Of a stretch of 64,000 bases of DNA, positions 1 through 12,292 are shown piece by piece. The stretch's first letter is position 1. Each line of letters begins with the position of its first letter. The notes beneath the pieces were generated by a model, which saw only the letters and a program-made list of their open reading frames with translations, had not been told where the DNA came from and ran no database searches. Position numbers and translations under genes: made by a program. Source of the stretch: Amoebidium appalachense (lineage: Eukaryota > Protista > Ichthyosporea); the NCBI GenBank assembly GCA_963693365.1, contig CAVNZM010000013.1, positions 7,708,398 through 7,772,397 on the forward strand. The letters run 5' to 3'.

Positions 1-140
1 CTAGTTATTTCACATCGCCCCCTCTTCTCTATTCTTATTCTAAGCTTCTGTCACGATATAAGATGATAATTCCAATCCTAAATCCAGAAAGTGGTAAATT
101 GTCAAAAATCTGGAAAAATGTCAAAATTTTGATTTTTAAG
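1..140 (+). repeat. Left terminal inverted repeat
   Basis: ctagttatttcacatcgccccctcttctctattcttattctaagcttctgtcacgatataagatg versus right-end revcomp ctagttatttcatctcgccccctcttctctactccttattctaggcatgtgtcacgatataagatg (about 6 mismatches + 1 indel). Looser similarity continues to ~140. Confidence 0.93.
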
Positions 141-545
141 AGTGACGACCTTGAAATTTGGAATTTTAGCAGAGCAGAAATTGGATTTTATAACAATCTT
201 AAATTGTTATTAACCTATTTATAAGGGAAAATAAAGGGTAAATAATTTTAAAATCCTAAACACAGAAGATGTCGAAATGTTAAATTTCGGGAGTGACGAC
301 CTTGAGATTTGTAATTATAGCAGATCATATTTAGGAATTTATAAGAATCTTAAATTGTAATTAACCGATTTATAAGAGAAATAAGGGTAAATAATTTAAA
401 AATCCTAAATACAGAAGATGTCGAAATGTCAAATTTCGGGAGTGACGAACTTGAAATTTGTAATTATAGCAGATCATATTTAGGAATTTATAAAAACCTT
501 AATTTGTAATTAACCGATTTATAAGAAAAATAAGGGTAAATTGCC
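115..545 (+). repeat. Subterminal ~150-bp tandem repeat, ~3 copies
   Basis: gagtgacga(c/a)cttga(a/g)attt recurs at ~140, ~291 and ~440 with shared downstream ...tttataag...taagggtaaa. Confidence 0.9.
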
Positions 546-1066
546 GAATTCCAAAAAGTGGAGGTCTCAATTAGAAAATTTCCGGGTACAGAAGAGACCC
601 ATCTGGTACTCTGAGGTTTAACCAGTTAGAAATCTTAAATGGAAGAAAGGAAGAAATTGCTCTAATTATAGCAAGTTAGTAGTAGAATTAAACTATTCAA
701 TAGTAGGTAAGAGAAAAGATGGTTAGAAGCCGATCTTGAAAAATCCAGATAAGGTCAGATGCCAATTTTGAAAAATCCCGATTCAGACGGGACGAGTCTA
801 ATAATTGGAGGTTTAGCAGATCATAATCTTGGTACCTGCGGAAATCGACGGAACTTTCGCGGTGCTCCAATTTATGGACTAATATATAATCTTAAAGGTA
901 ATGAAGAGAAAGTACTCCACGAGTTTGTTGTAGCGTAGGGATAAGAGCATAAGACTATCCTCTTAGGAAGTAATCTCTTAAGAGATTTTAATTGGCTTTC
1001 TTATAATTATAGTAGTTACACTACTCCCTTAGTAGGAAAGAATAAAGATGCTTAATTTAGACATAG

Positions 1067-1450
1067 CATAAAGATATAGAAATGCTGTTTATTAGAGCAG
1101 ATGCGTTTGGAGTATTATTAGGAACAACTTTCTCCGTATTATTTTATATCGAACCAATAGTACCAGATACGATACTAGTTATTCATTTAAATTAAGGAGT
1201 ACCAGGTACGATACTAGTTATCCATTTTGATTTAGGAGTACTAGGTACGATACTAGTTATCCATTTTGGTTTAGGAGTACCAGGTACGATACTAGTTATC
1301 CATTTTGATTTAGGAATACCAGGTACGATACTAGTTATCCATATTAATTTAGGAGTACCATGTACGATACTAGTTATCCATATGGATTTAGGAGTACCAG
1401 GTACGGTACTCTGAGATCCTCATATGTATCATCTTATTATAACAGCTGTC
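1067..1450 (+). pseudogene. cox1: Decayed cox1 5' fragment interrupted by a 39-bp tandem amplification
   Basis: Translates HKDIEMLFIRADAFGVLLGTTFSVLFYIEPIVP...GVPGTVL(TGA)DPHMYHLIITA, matching the Cox1 N-terminus (HKDIGTLY..AFSG.LGT.FS.LIR.EL..PG....D.H.YN.I.TAH). Confidence 0.8.
1159..1410 (+). repeat. 39-bp tandem repeat, ~6.4 copies, inside the cox1 fragment
   Basis: agtaccaggtacgatactagttatccattttgatttagg-type unit starts at 1159, 1198, 1237, 1276, 1315, 1354 and 1393. Confidence 0.95.
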
Positions 1451-1457
1451 ATTCCAG

Positions 1458-1610
1458 ATGGTAGTTCACATTCATAAGCTATTTATACCAAGTAGTTTCA
1501 CAAATCCCTGGCCAATTTACGCCTCTTTAGCAGCATTAGTATTCACAGTGAGTACTGTATGTTGATTTCATAATTATAAAAATGGAGATATAATGATGAT
1601 TATAAATTTA
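1458..1610 (+). pseudogene. cox3: Decayed cox3 5' fragment
   Basis: With a 1-nt frameshift it reads LYQVVSQ/PWPIYASLAALVFTVSTVC(TGA=W)FHNYKNG, matching Cox3 H.FHLV..SPWP..S..A......VMWFH. TGA at a conserved Trp position fits mitochondrial code 4. Confidence 0.75.
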
Positions 1611-1794
1611 TAACCACTTAGCTCCGAGGAGTAGTTCCTTGGGTTGTTTAATGAATAATTTTAATTAGAAGAAGGAATGATTCCGTTTAGTGTATCATAA
1701 GCTTTGTTACTTTTCTAAATTTACTTTCCTAGCAGCCTTTTCTTATCTGTTTAAATTAGAAGACCCAAAGACTCTTACTCAAATTAAGGTAATT

Positions 1795-1878
1795 TAATAC
1801 TGCTAGTTTTTACTCCACCTTTACTTATATTAGTGTCATCGGCATTAGTAGAACAAGGTGCGGTCAGTGGTACTAACA
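1795..1878 (+). pseudogene. cox1: Second cox1 fragment, directly upstream of a group I intron core
   Basis: LLILVSSALVEQGA matches Cox1 ...LLLSSALVEQGAGTGWT. The upstream part is frameshifted. Confidence 0.75.
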
Positions 1879-1879
1879 C

Positions 1880-2062
1880 AATTAGTCCACTATAAATTTC
1901 GCTATATGCTGAGACGTCTAAAGCTTTAAGATGTAACAATGGACAATCAGCAGGAAACCAAAGTAGATCGATATCTATGATTAGGATCCTCAGAGACTAC
2001 ATGCGAAACAGTACTTTTCACTAATGTATAGAACGGTATTGAAGAGATAGTCTGCCCTTAAA
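1880..2062 (+). ncRNA. Group I intron catalytic core (IB-like)
   Basis: P aaatttcgctatatgctg, Q caatcagcagg, R tcagagactaca, S aagagatagtc. Pairings are P3 tttcgc/gcgaaa, P4 tgctg/cagca and P7 gacta/tagtc. Confidence 0.88.
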
Positions 2063-2084
2063 TATGTAAAAGGAGTTCAATGCT

Positions 2085-2410
2085 AGAACCTGTGCACAAG
2101 ACAAATGGATTAAGTCCGCTGGGTACTGTGTACCTGTGTGCAATACAAATAGCGTAAGCTAGCTTGGTACTGTGCACAAGACAAATGGATTAAGTCTGCT
2201 GGGTACTGTGTACCTGTGTGCAATACAAATGGCGTAAGCTAGCTTGGTACTGTGTACAAGACAATTTGATTAAGCTCCCTGGGTACTGTGTACCTGTGTG
2301 CAAATGGCGTAAGCTAGCTTGGTACTGTGTACTTGTGCACAAGACAATTAGATTAAGCTCGCTGGGTACTGTGTACCTGTGCGTAAGGTTATTGATCTAA
2401 GCTAGCTTGG
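2085..2410 (+). repeat. ~80-bp tandem repeat, ~4 copies
   Basis: gggtactgtgtacctgtg at 2121, 2201, 2281 and ~2364, with a shared aagctagcttgg. Confidence 0.92.
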
Positions 2411-3517
2411 AATGGTCGTTGGTGCGAACATATAGGGTTGGTCGCCACTATGTAAAGATGTAACAGCTCTTAGAAAGCCGTTACCTAGGAATTTTTGTTA
2501 GGATGTCAAAGTGTAACAGCTATCCGAGAGCGTCATCTGTTGATTATCCTTATGATGTAAACTTCTTGTGCTTGTCGTACTGCCTTGATATGACCTTCTT
2601 GTGTTAGGTCTCAGTAGAGCTTTCTCGCTAAGATAAAAGTCTTATGCTATTGTCATCAGATGACGACAAGCTCGTTGTGAGAGTCTCGCTTGAGCCTTAT
2701 CGCTAAGGGACTTATGCTTTTGGAAAATTCTCCTTACTCGTACAAGGTGAATTTGGACTCTGAGGAGCCGCCACTCGTATAGGACTAGCAACTCATTGAG
2801 AACTCGTATGCGGAACTAGGTTAATTATGAGCTGTTGGTTACTTACACGCTTGTAAACTGGTTTGACAATTAGTTCCGCTAAGTTAACTGTGAGCTATTG
2901 ATTACTTAGACTTTCGAGGACTAGTTGGATGGTTAGCTTGTATTAATATATCGCTAATGTGTAGTCATTAATGTGTCTCCTTTAAATTTAGGGTATATGC
3001 TCTCAAGTACATAGTATAACTCAATGGGGATCGCGCACAGTATGAGTGCAAGTGTATGAAACAATTGTGATCGTGCAGAAATCCGTAACGTTATTGAGTG
3101 CTTGAAACAATTATGATCATGCAAAAATCAGTAGTGTTATTGAGTGCCTGAGACAATTGTGATCATGCAGGAATCAGTGGTGCTCTTAAGTGCATAGCAT
3201 AAATTATTAATGATTAGTGTTATTAGGTGTCTATCATGAATGTTGTTTAGTTATCTAGTATGCGAATGGATCATCGATGTTAATGAGTTACTCGTGCATG
3301 GTAGAGCATAAGTGCATAGATCAAATCGGATCGCATACGGTATAACATAAGTGTATAAATAACAGGAATGCATGAAACAATTGTGGGCACGCACGATAGG
3401 CCATACGTATATAAATAACAAAGAGGGGTGCATGAAAAATCTGTGACACTGACTCGCCGAAAGTCCTAGGTCTTCTGCGTCGCTTGCGCAGAGTGTAACA
3501 GCTCTCAAGAGAAAATC

Positions 3518-3684
3518 GAAAGCTGTACTTGATGGATAAACTAGAATGACCAGAGAAAAGTGAAAGCTGTACTTGAGGGATAAACTAGAATAACCAGAGA
3601 AAAGCGAAAGCTGTACTTGATGGATAAACTAGAATAACCAGAGAAAAGCGAAAACTGTACTTGATGGATAAACTAAAATGACCA
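3518..3684 (+). repeat. 44-bp tandem repeat, ~4 copies
   Basis: gaaagctgtacttgatggataaactagaataaccagagaaaagc-type unit at 3518, 3562, 3606 and 3650. Confidence 0.93.
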
Positions 3685-3799
3685 TAAAATCACAATGGCA
3701 TTTAGGATATGACTACTCGAATAACTAAAGAATTCTAATGGCATTAAGAGTATCACTACTTTAATGAAGATGGGTTAGTATTCAGGAGACAATTCTAGT

Positions 3800-4920
3800 A
3801 TAAAAACTGTACTTAATCTAACACCAGTGGACAGACGTTAATGCGTCATAGCGTAAATGAAATGTTCTCATAGGAGGTTTTTACTTAACAGTATAAACTC
3901 GGCACAACTAATATTGTACTTTCGGATAAGGTATGTACTGCTTTAGTAAGTAGGTGCTTTGTGATTTAGGACATCACTTTTGGGCCTAAAACTACCAAAC
4001 TCCGGGGACTTCCTAAAGCTTTTGGTACCCAACTCTAGTTGAAAAGTTAGAAGTGAATGATCTAATTAATCATGTATGGTAATAAGTCAAAAGATAATTG
4101 AAAGAGCAATGGAATATTGCATATCTAAGTTAATATTATGTACTGTAAAAGAGCAATGGAATATTGCGGATCTAAGTTAGTATTATATACTGTAAAAGAG
4201 CAACGAGTAGACGGTAGTTGACGAGTAGATGAGCTTCCTTGTTTAAAGTATACTCTAATGGATTTTAAATAAATTATCAAGTCAGAGTCCTTTCTAACCC
4301 AATTAAGTAACTGGGGGGGGTATTTATTAATTAACACCCATATCAATTTATTGGTATGAAAAATCTGATCCCCTGATGCAGATAGACACTATAAAGAAGG
4401 TGAGAAACCGTAGCAGTAAAATTTATCATCTTAAAAGAACTCTAGAACCCTCCATAAAGCAGTATCGCAGAGAATGGCAGAGTGCGACTGTTTATCCAAC
4501 TCACAGTATACAGCAAACTTGTAAGAGGAGGTATAATACATGACGTGTCCTCAATCTTAGTACCTATATCGTAACTTCGAGATAAGATATGTATTGCTTG
4601 AGAAAATTGCATCATTTATAGAGATTTCAATTTGAGGCAGAAGCCTTTATTTTGAAAGGCCGTCGGATTTATGCGTCCAGATATATTGTGCAAATTTTGT
4701 CAAAAACATAGTGTACGGCAAACTCGTAAGAAAAAATATAGTACATGATGTGTCCTCAATGCTAGTATCTGAAGTTAGCTTATTTAACAGTAGGTATAAG
4801 AGTTAGTGATAGGCGTTCTACTCCTGAAGATGGTAAAAATGCTTTGACTGTCTTTGAGAACAAATCCATGAAATTGAATTAACCGTGCAGATGCGGTAAC
4901 ATAATTGAATAGACGAGAAA
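3800..4920 (+). pseudogene. rnl: Decayed, partly duplicated mitochondrial LSU rRNA (domain III-IV/V) fragments
   Basis: LSU-like motifs: aactcggcaca...tactttcggataagg (~3897), gcgactgtttat...cagcaaact...gtata...tgacg (~4484, second copy ~4700), cgtaacttcgagataag (~4570) and tgaaattgaattaaccgtgcagatgcgg...agacgagaaa (~4870-4920). Confidence 0.75.
3960..4300 (+). ncRNA. Group I intron core (IC2-like) within the rnl region
   Basis: aactaccaaactccgggga...atggaatattgcggatctaag...gagcaacgagtagacggtagtt...aaagtatactct. P3 is actacc/ggtagt and P7 is gagta/tactc. There is an internal ~47-bp duplication at ~4101-4194. Confidence 0.8.
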
Positions 4921-4944
4921 CTAGTTGAGCTAAAAGTCTTTGAG

Positions 4945-5340
4945 GATAATCTTTTACGATGGCCTTTAAGAGTTATTTGTCGGATGCTCGTCTGAAAGGT
5001 TCTTATGGGTAACTTTTCTGATGATCTTCTTGGGTGATCTTCTTCTTCTTAGATGGTTGCCTTAGGTGATCTTCTTGGGTGATCTTCTTCTTGGATGATC
5101 CTCGTGGACGATCTTTTACGATGGTAATCTTCTTGGATGATCCTCGTGGATGATCCTCGTAGACGATCATGGGTTATCTTCTTCTTCTCCGATGATTGTC
5201 TTGGGTAATCTTCGTAGACGATCTTCTACGATGGTTGTCTTAAAGGGTCTTAAGGATAACGAGACGGAGAGTTGTCTGCAAGATTCTTAAGAGTAACTGA
5301 TGGTTGTCTGAGAGGTTCTTATGGGTAATTTTCGGAGGGT
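4945..5340. repeat. Degenerate short repeats (gatcttctt/gatcctcgtgga)
   Basis: Recurrent ggtgatcttctt, ggatgatcctcgt and acgatgg units. Confidence 0.8.
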
Positions 5341-6359
5341 TATCATCAAGCTGTTAGGTAAGAATTTGGATGCTACAGTTAGAAGTTTGTACATTTATCG
5401 GACAGTACAATTGAGCAATGATAATATTGTTGAGTTTATATCTATGTAGTTTAATAGGCTTATCAGGTATAGCTAGAGTACTTTATTTAATAACATCAGC
5501 TTCAATTGTGTCGGCTTCAGTTAGCACTGGAGTATCTACTATCATTTCAGAAGCGAACATAGTATCACAAGATACTAATGCTTTCGTAGCTATTATGTTT
5601 AAGCCAGTGGCTTAATTCTAACACTGTAGTTTTCTATTTCAGATGTATAATTCCGACAATCTTTACTCTGCCAATGGGTATCAGTTTTGGTGTGACAAGA
5701 TTCATAACCCATGAGACCTGTTACAACAATTCCACAGACCATTTTCAAGTCTTCTCTAAATTTAAGCTTATAGTGTAAATTCCATACTTCATTTTTGTAT
5801 AGCCGGTAAAATTTACACGTTTTAATTAATTCTATCCACTGAAAGACACTCACGAGACAAGTTACAACTATCCCACGAGACAAGTTACAACTATCCCACA
5901 GACCATTTTTCAATTCATTATTAAATTTATCTTCCAAATTGATGGATTTAGCTAGAGATTTTAGTACTTCTCGCTGATATAAATCTTAGAAGCTCGTAAC
6001 TCTAATATAGATACCAAGAGAAGTGTAACACTAAGAAGTTAATAGCAGATCAAGATGTTTTGGACCGAAGCGAAGAGGAAACAGGTGATAAGCTTGTCAC
6101 ACCAGTAAATACCAGTTAAGAAGTACCTATTAAGAGATAAAAGGTAAGTACCTGTTAAGGGATAAGAGGTAAGTATCCGTTAGTAGCACCTGTTAGTAAG
6201 TATCTGTTAATACAAATCAGTTAGTCAGTTAGTAAGTACTTATTAAGATCTTATAAAAAATGTAATACTAAGAAGTTAATAGCAGATCAAGACGTTTTTG
6301 GACAGAAGTGAAGCAGAGACGGAGGATACTGTTAAACTTGTCGCACCAGTAAGTACCTT

Positions 6360-7925
6360 TAATCTTCCATGTGTCTTCTATCTTTTATCCGTCTTCCATA
6401 GTTTAATCTCCAATCTTCTATTCATCTTCTATTAATCTTCCATCCTTTACTTTTCCATGTACCTTCTATTAGTCTCCCATCTTCTATCACTCAATCTTCC
6501 ATCAGCCTCCAATTTCTATCCACCCTCGCTCAATCCTCTACCCGCCCTTCATCGCTCAATCCTCTACCCGTCCTTCATCGCTTAATCTTCTACCCATCTT
6601 ACATCATTCAATACTCTACCCGCCCTTCATCACTTAATCCTCTACCCATCTTCCATCATTCAATCCTCTACCCATCATTCATTTAATCCTCTACCCCCTC
6701 ACTCACTCAATCTTCTATTAGTCTCCCATCCTTCAATCTTCCAGCATTCAATCGACACATTACCTAATATTGGCGATACATTACCTAACATAGGTGATAC
6801 ATACTGTTCAACATCCTTCTACTGTTCAACACCCTTCTACTGTTCAATCCACTGCTTAACATTCTTCTACTGCTTAATCCCCCCCCTACTCAACATTCTT
6901 AATCGCCTGCTCAACATTCTTAATCGCTTGCTCAACCTTCTATTACAGCTCAACATTTTTAATCGCCTGCTCAACCTTCTACTACTGCTCAACATTTTTT
7001 TATACTGCTCAACCTTCTTATATTGTTAACTTTCAATCTACTGCTCAACATTCTTCTACTGTTCAATCCAGTGCTAAACTTCCTTCTACTACTCAATCCC
7101 CTGTTAAACATTCTTTTACTACTAACTCTTATTCCATTGCTAAATATTTTTCTACTGCTAACTCTTATTCCACTGCTAAATATTCTTCTACTGCTAACTC
7201 TTATTCCATTGCTAAATATTCTTCTACTGCTAAATTCTCTGCTAAATATTCTTTACTATTAACCTTCATTCTATTACTAGACTTTATTTCATTGCTAATT
7301 CTCAATCTCCTGCTTAACATTTTTATACTGCTCAACATTCTTCTACTACTCAATCTACGGCTCAACTTTATTCTATTATTAACCTTCATTCTATTACTAA
7401 ACTTTATTCCACTACTAACTCTAAATCTATTACTCAATTCACTGCTTAACATTCTTCTCCCGTTAAACATAGTTCTATTGTTAAATATTTTTACTGCTCA
7501 AATCACAGTTAAACATTCTTCCACTGTTCAATCCGTTGCTCAACATTCTTATACTGTTCAATCCGTTGGTCAACATTCTTATACTGTTCAATACACTGCT
7601 TAACATTCTTCTACTAGTCAATACACTGCTTAACATTCTTCCACTATTCAATCTACTACTCAACATTCTTCTATTGTTAACCTTAATTCTACTACTAAAT
7701 TTCATTCCATTGCTAACTCTTATTCTATTGATTAACATTCTTCTACTACTAACTTTTATTCTACTGCTCAATATCCTTTCACTGCTCAACATTCTTATAC
7801 TGCTCAATCTTCTTCTACTACTAACTTTCAATCTACTACTCCACATTTTATACTGCTCAACACCTTTCTATTGCTCAATATTCTTCTACTACTAAATATT
7901 CTTCTACTGTTAACTCTCAATCTAC
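6360..7925. repeat. G-poor degenerate tandem arrays (aatcctctaccc..; ctcaacattcttctactg..)
   Basis: Short recurring units generate the Leu/Asn-rich and Ser/Arg-rich pseudo-ORFs at 7023-7895. Confidence 0.85.
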
Positions 7926-8499
7926 CTCAGTTATCTCTTAGTTTATTTATCTTTTTGCATTCATCCTACCTCAATCTTAATTTTCCTAACTTTTTACCCT
8001 TTTGTATGCATTCTACCTCAGCTATCTCTTAGTTTATTTATCTTTTTGCATTCATTCCACATTCCTTATCAATCCCTAATCCATCACATTTAGCCCTCAT
8101 CCTTTCTAATCTTTACTCCTCCATATCTTAGCAATCATTAGATCTTATCCTAATCCACCCTACCTCAACCATTAGCAGACTTCTTCAATTCTAATTAATC
8201 ATTTCTATGTATTCATCCATTCTACCTCAGTAATCTTAAGATCTTATCCTTCCTTCTACTTATAATCTTTATTTTTTTAATCCTTTATTATTTATAATAA
8301 CCTCTAATCATTAATCCTTCCTCCTTATACATTATTATTCATCCTACCTTATCAATTACTACTCCTATTATTACATTGAATGGTTTCATTCAATTATACT
8401 CCAAATGTACTATTAACATAGAACTAAATTCCCTGCTTCTTAATAAATAAGTTAATTAAACTTTTAATTACATATTTAAAAATTTCATAAAATCTAAAT

Positions 8500-8638
8500 C
8501 TTGATTGACTAAAAATCCAAAATTGACGATTTTCTGGGTTTTACGATTTTCTGTATTTAGGATTCCGAATTCCATCTTATATCGTGACACATGCCTAGAA
8601 TAAGGAGTAGAGAAGAGGGGGCGAGATGAAATAACTAG
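8500..8638 (-). repeat. Right terminal inverted repeat
   Basis: Ends ...gagaagagggggcgagatgaaataactag at 8638, the inverted copy of the window start. Confidence 0.93.
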
Positions 8639-8946
8639 ACTGGGCCCCCCGAATTCAAACCACTTTTGTTTCGTTCGTGTTTTATCTTATTTCCGTTGGT
8701 GTACTAGGTGTACGGACAGCGAAGGAGTTATTGCTTACTCTTTTCTCTCTCGGCGCTTTCTTGCCAATATTTTTTATGCAGATTTTCCTTTAAAAAAGAA
8801 AGGTAACCATTTTGCTGTGCGTGTTCGTTCATATTGCATAGCAGCTAGTTTCAGCATGATCATTTGGGCAGGCGTGACATGTGCTTTTAACCACAAGAAG
8901 TGATTCGAATGGCCCGTATTTGTGCATGTAAGCATATGACTTAAAC

Positions 8947-10924
8947 ATGGCGCAAGAACTGCGCAGCAATCAAAAGCTCGTTACCTGGGCCAGGGAGAAT
9001 TTCGGGTTGGCTACAGACAACGTGAGGGTTACTAAAATACCCGATGTTAAGAAATTTATGCTTGAACGCGCTTTCACTGCGTCAGAAGTAAATACCATTT
9101 TTCCGAATCGTGGCACTGGTGCCTTTGTTCGTTGCCTTGCCAAACTTTTCCAGTTTAACGCGCTCGAGTACGGTGCGTACGGCCGACAAGTGAGGGTGGC
9201 TACTGCGTCTGGGGGCACACAATGCCGCATCAGTTCTTATGTTCCACTCGAGCCGAAATCACCTGACGCAATAAAGTCGGTGGAGGTGTACATCATACGT
9301 TCTAGTGATGATGGTGACAGTCCAGACGTGATAATTCTCGACCACTATTTCCCGTGCATCCCGCCGGAACAGAACACTGCTTCAATGGTTTTACAGGCAC
9401 AGAGCCACCCGCAGCCCATGCTTTTACCCCGTTCGGTCGAAACAGTGCCTATGGACTTGGATGACTGTGCTTCTTCGCGTGAAGGTGAGATTGCTTGTAT
9501 GATATGATTAACAACAGCGTGTTTGTCTATAGAAGCATATAACTTTTTAATGGTTTACTTGTGAGTGGTGTTGCTGCCCCTGCAGCTGTGCTCACGAGTT
9601 CCCTTGCTCATCTGTCATGGACTTTCGCATCCCTCTGCCCTCTATCACTTGCATAGCTGTTCCTGGTCCACTATGGAGTCATGGTGTTCCTATGAAAACG
9701 TATGTATAATAGCATCTATTGAGTGAGGATGCTTTCCCCGTTGAAGTCTCTCTATAGAAAGAATTTTCGTCCACCCATTTTCTATGCTTCTTGGATGTTG
9801 CACACACACGAGAAGTTGAACCTGCCCACCTGGTTACACATCACGGTTGTAGTTGCATATATATGTCCCATGTATTCCCCTACCAACGACTCATCTTTGG
9901 TTTCTTCTTACTCACAGGCTTGACAACTGGTAACACGCAACCCACGACCATTCCGTATCCAACCCCCTCCTCCGCAAAACCGCAAGGACAGCGAGCTCCA
10001 CTTGGTGAGTTTGTCTTCCATGCTCTGATGCATCCATATGCCCACCCATGCTAGAAACACCAAAGCATACCAACCATGTATAAATGCACGTGCGCACACT
10101 CATACAACACAATCCTCCTAATTACTGATTCACAATGCTCCATACTGCTGTTTTTACTTGGTAAAAGACACGAAGAACTATGTATCTTCGGGGGGGACAA
10201 AAAGTAGAATTAAAGATAAACCGGACAAGGCATAATCTATCACAGCACATTTTAAAGATACACATACTATTTGCACACAGACCTACCACCTGATGAGGCG
10301 GAGTGTCCATTTTGCTTCTCTCTCATTCTCTCTCTCTCTCTCCCCCTCCCTCCCCCTCCCTCTCTCTCCCTCGCCCATCCTCTCCCCCCCCCCCCCCCCC
10401 CCCGTTCTCTCTCCTTCTCTCTCTTGCCTAAGTAGGTGTAAAGTGTCCCACATTTCGCAACACATCAGCACGTGCTAGCCTACAAACATACTGCACACCT
10501 GCTTGCAACACTGCTCATGCTCGTGTGGTACGCCATACGCTGAGTGGTGTGCTGTAATGCTTATGTATTCGTTTGTGCTGCACAGGTGATGTCACCAATC
10601 GCTCTCAGTTCAACCTGGCGCCCATGGAAACTCTTTTGACAGACAGGTCACGCAACCTCTGCACTGCTCCCGATATGCCCCCCCCCCCCCCCCCCCCCCC
10701 CCCCTCCCCTCCTCCTCCCTCCCTTCTCCACCCCCATCCCTACCCTGCGCCAAGAAAAGAACCAGGTGTCTCTGCTATGTGAGGGGCACTTCAGGTAGCC
10801 TAGTAGTCTCTTCAATACACACCCGATTGCACACACTGATTGCTTGCACCTTCACACACCAACCCACAGGCCTGCGCAAATGAATACACAAAATGTACAC
10901 ATCACACACACACCGTCAAGCACA

Positions 10925-11009
<85 letters not shown>

Positions 11010-11463
11010 GCAGTGGCGGGTCTGGAAGGGCACAATGAAGCTCCCCGCAGCTAATTCACACCTTTGTATTTAAAGTTCTATACCTTTCTTTTCCTGGTCC
11101 CCCCACAGCATGTTTTGGTACTATATTGATTTGTCAGCAGGTGGTAATTCGAACATCGTGCTGGATACCTCTGATACCCCTGGGCCTGTCATGAAGAGGG
11201 CTCGGCTGCAGCACAAGAACTTCGGCATGTCCCCCCCCCCCCCCCCCCCCCCCCCCTCTCGGGGGGAATCCCGGCTTTCGCTACTGATTCTCCGCAGTTA
11301 CTTCCCCCCTCCCTTCCCTCTCCTTCAATATTTTTCCTCCTCATGACATGATTTAAGCACAGTCTAGGCCTGGAGCATATGTCATTCAAGTTTCACTTTC
11401 AAAGTGGTGAGGAAGAGTGGTGGTGTTGGTGTGAGGGGCTTGGGATAATTGGGAGGGAGGGAG

Positions 11464-11513
<50 letters not shown>

Positions 11514-11899
11514 TGGGGGGAACATAATAACGGCAGACTAGTGTGCCAAGTTACAGCCCTCGTACTGCAAGCACAATGTTTATTGACAACCCTATGTCTA
11601 CGTCCTTCTCCATTCACAACCATGCCTACGTCCTTGCATGGAAATGCTCACAACCTTCTCTAGACACAATATTACCAGTACTTCTGCTTTATTTATGGTG
11701 GCCATGACTAAATACAGACCTTGCCAGGGCTTTGACGTCCTGCAGGCGATGGGGGTGCTGCCTTCATACTCCACCTTCACTGACTTCCTCAGGGAGTACC
11801 GCGCTGCGAGCATTGCTGGGATGACGACTTGGCTCTCGGAGCTTGGACCATCTGCACATGTGACGTGGTCATACGATAACTTGGAGCGCCACTTTGTTA

Positions 11900-11935
<36 letters not shown>

Positions 11936-12154
11936 TCCCCTCATCCCGCCCCCAACCCCACCCCCATCCCCATCCCCACTCCCACCCCCACCCCCACACC
12001 ACGCGCGAGAGGTTGATGAATTGAAACCTTTTTCTGCGGAGGCGATAGGGAGCCCGGATGATGGGCTCTGTCCAAGTGCTTCTTGCCTGGATGTTTGCTT
12101 GTGCATACATAATGGTTGGATTCATGTATTTGTATGTATTGGTTATCCCTCTGT

Positions 12155-12185
<31 letters not shown>

Positions 12186-12258
12186 CTCCCTCCTCTCCCC
12201 TACTTATCATCTCCGCTAATGCTGAATCACTCCCCCTCCCACCCCCCTCTCTCCGCCC

Positions 12259-12292
<34 letters not shown>

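Larger units (their letters stand above)
1..8638. other. TIR-bounded AT-rich unit resembling a complete linear mitochondrial chromosome (whole-chromosome NUMT or chimeric join)
   Basis: Positions 1-65 match the reverse complement of ~8573-8638. The interior holds cox1, cox3 and rnl fragments plus group I intron cores. Composition changes abruptly at 8639. Confidence 0.8.

Noticed and set aside
5418-5937. Possible mitochondrial rps3-like or other gene
   Set aside because: Only a vague GIVVT-like resemblance, not enough to call.
7023-7895. Leu-rich membrane protein ORFs
   Set aside because: Products of degenerate tandem repeats, open in overlapping frames on both strands.
1-8638. Polinton/Maverick, virophage or autonomous DNA transposon
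   Set aside because: No polB, integrase, capsid or transposase ORF is present. The interior is mitochondrial-type pseudogenes and introns.
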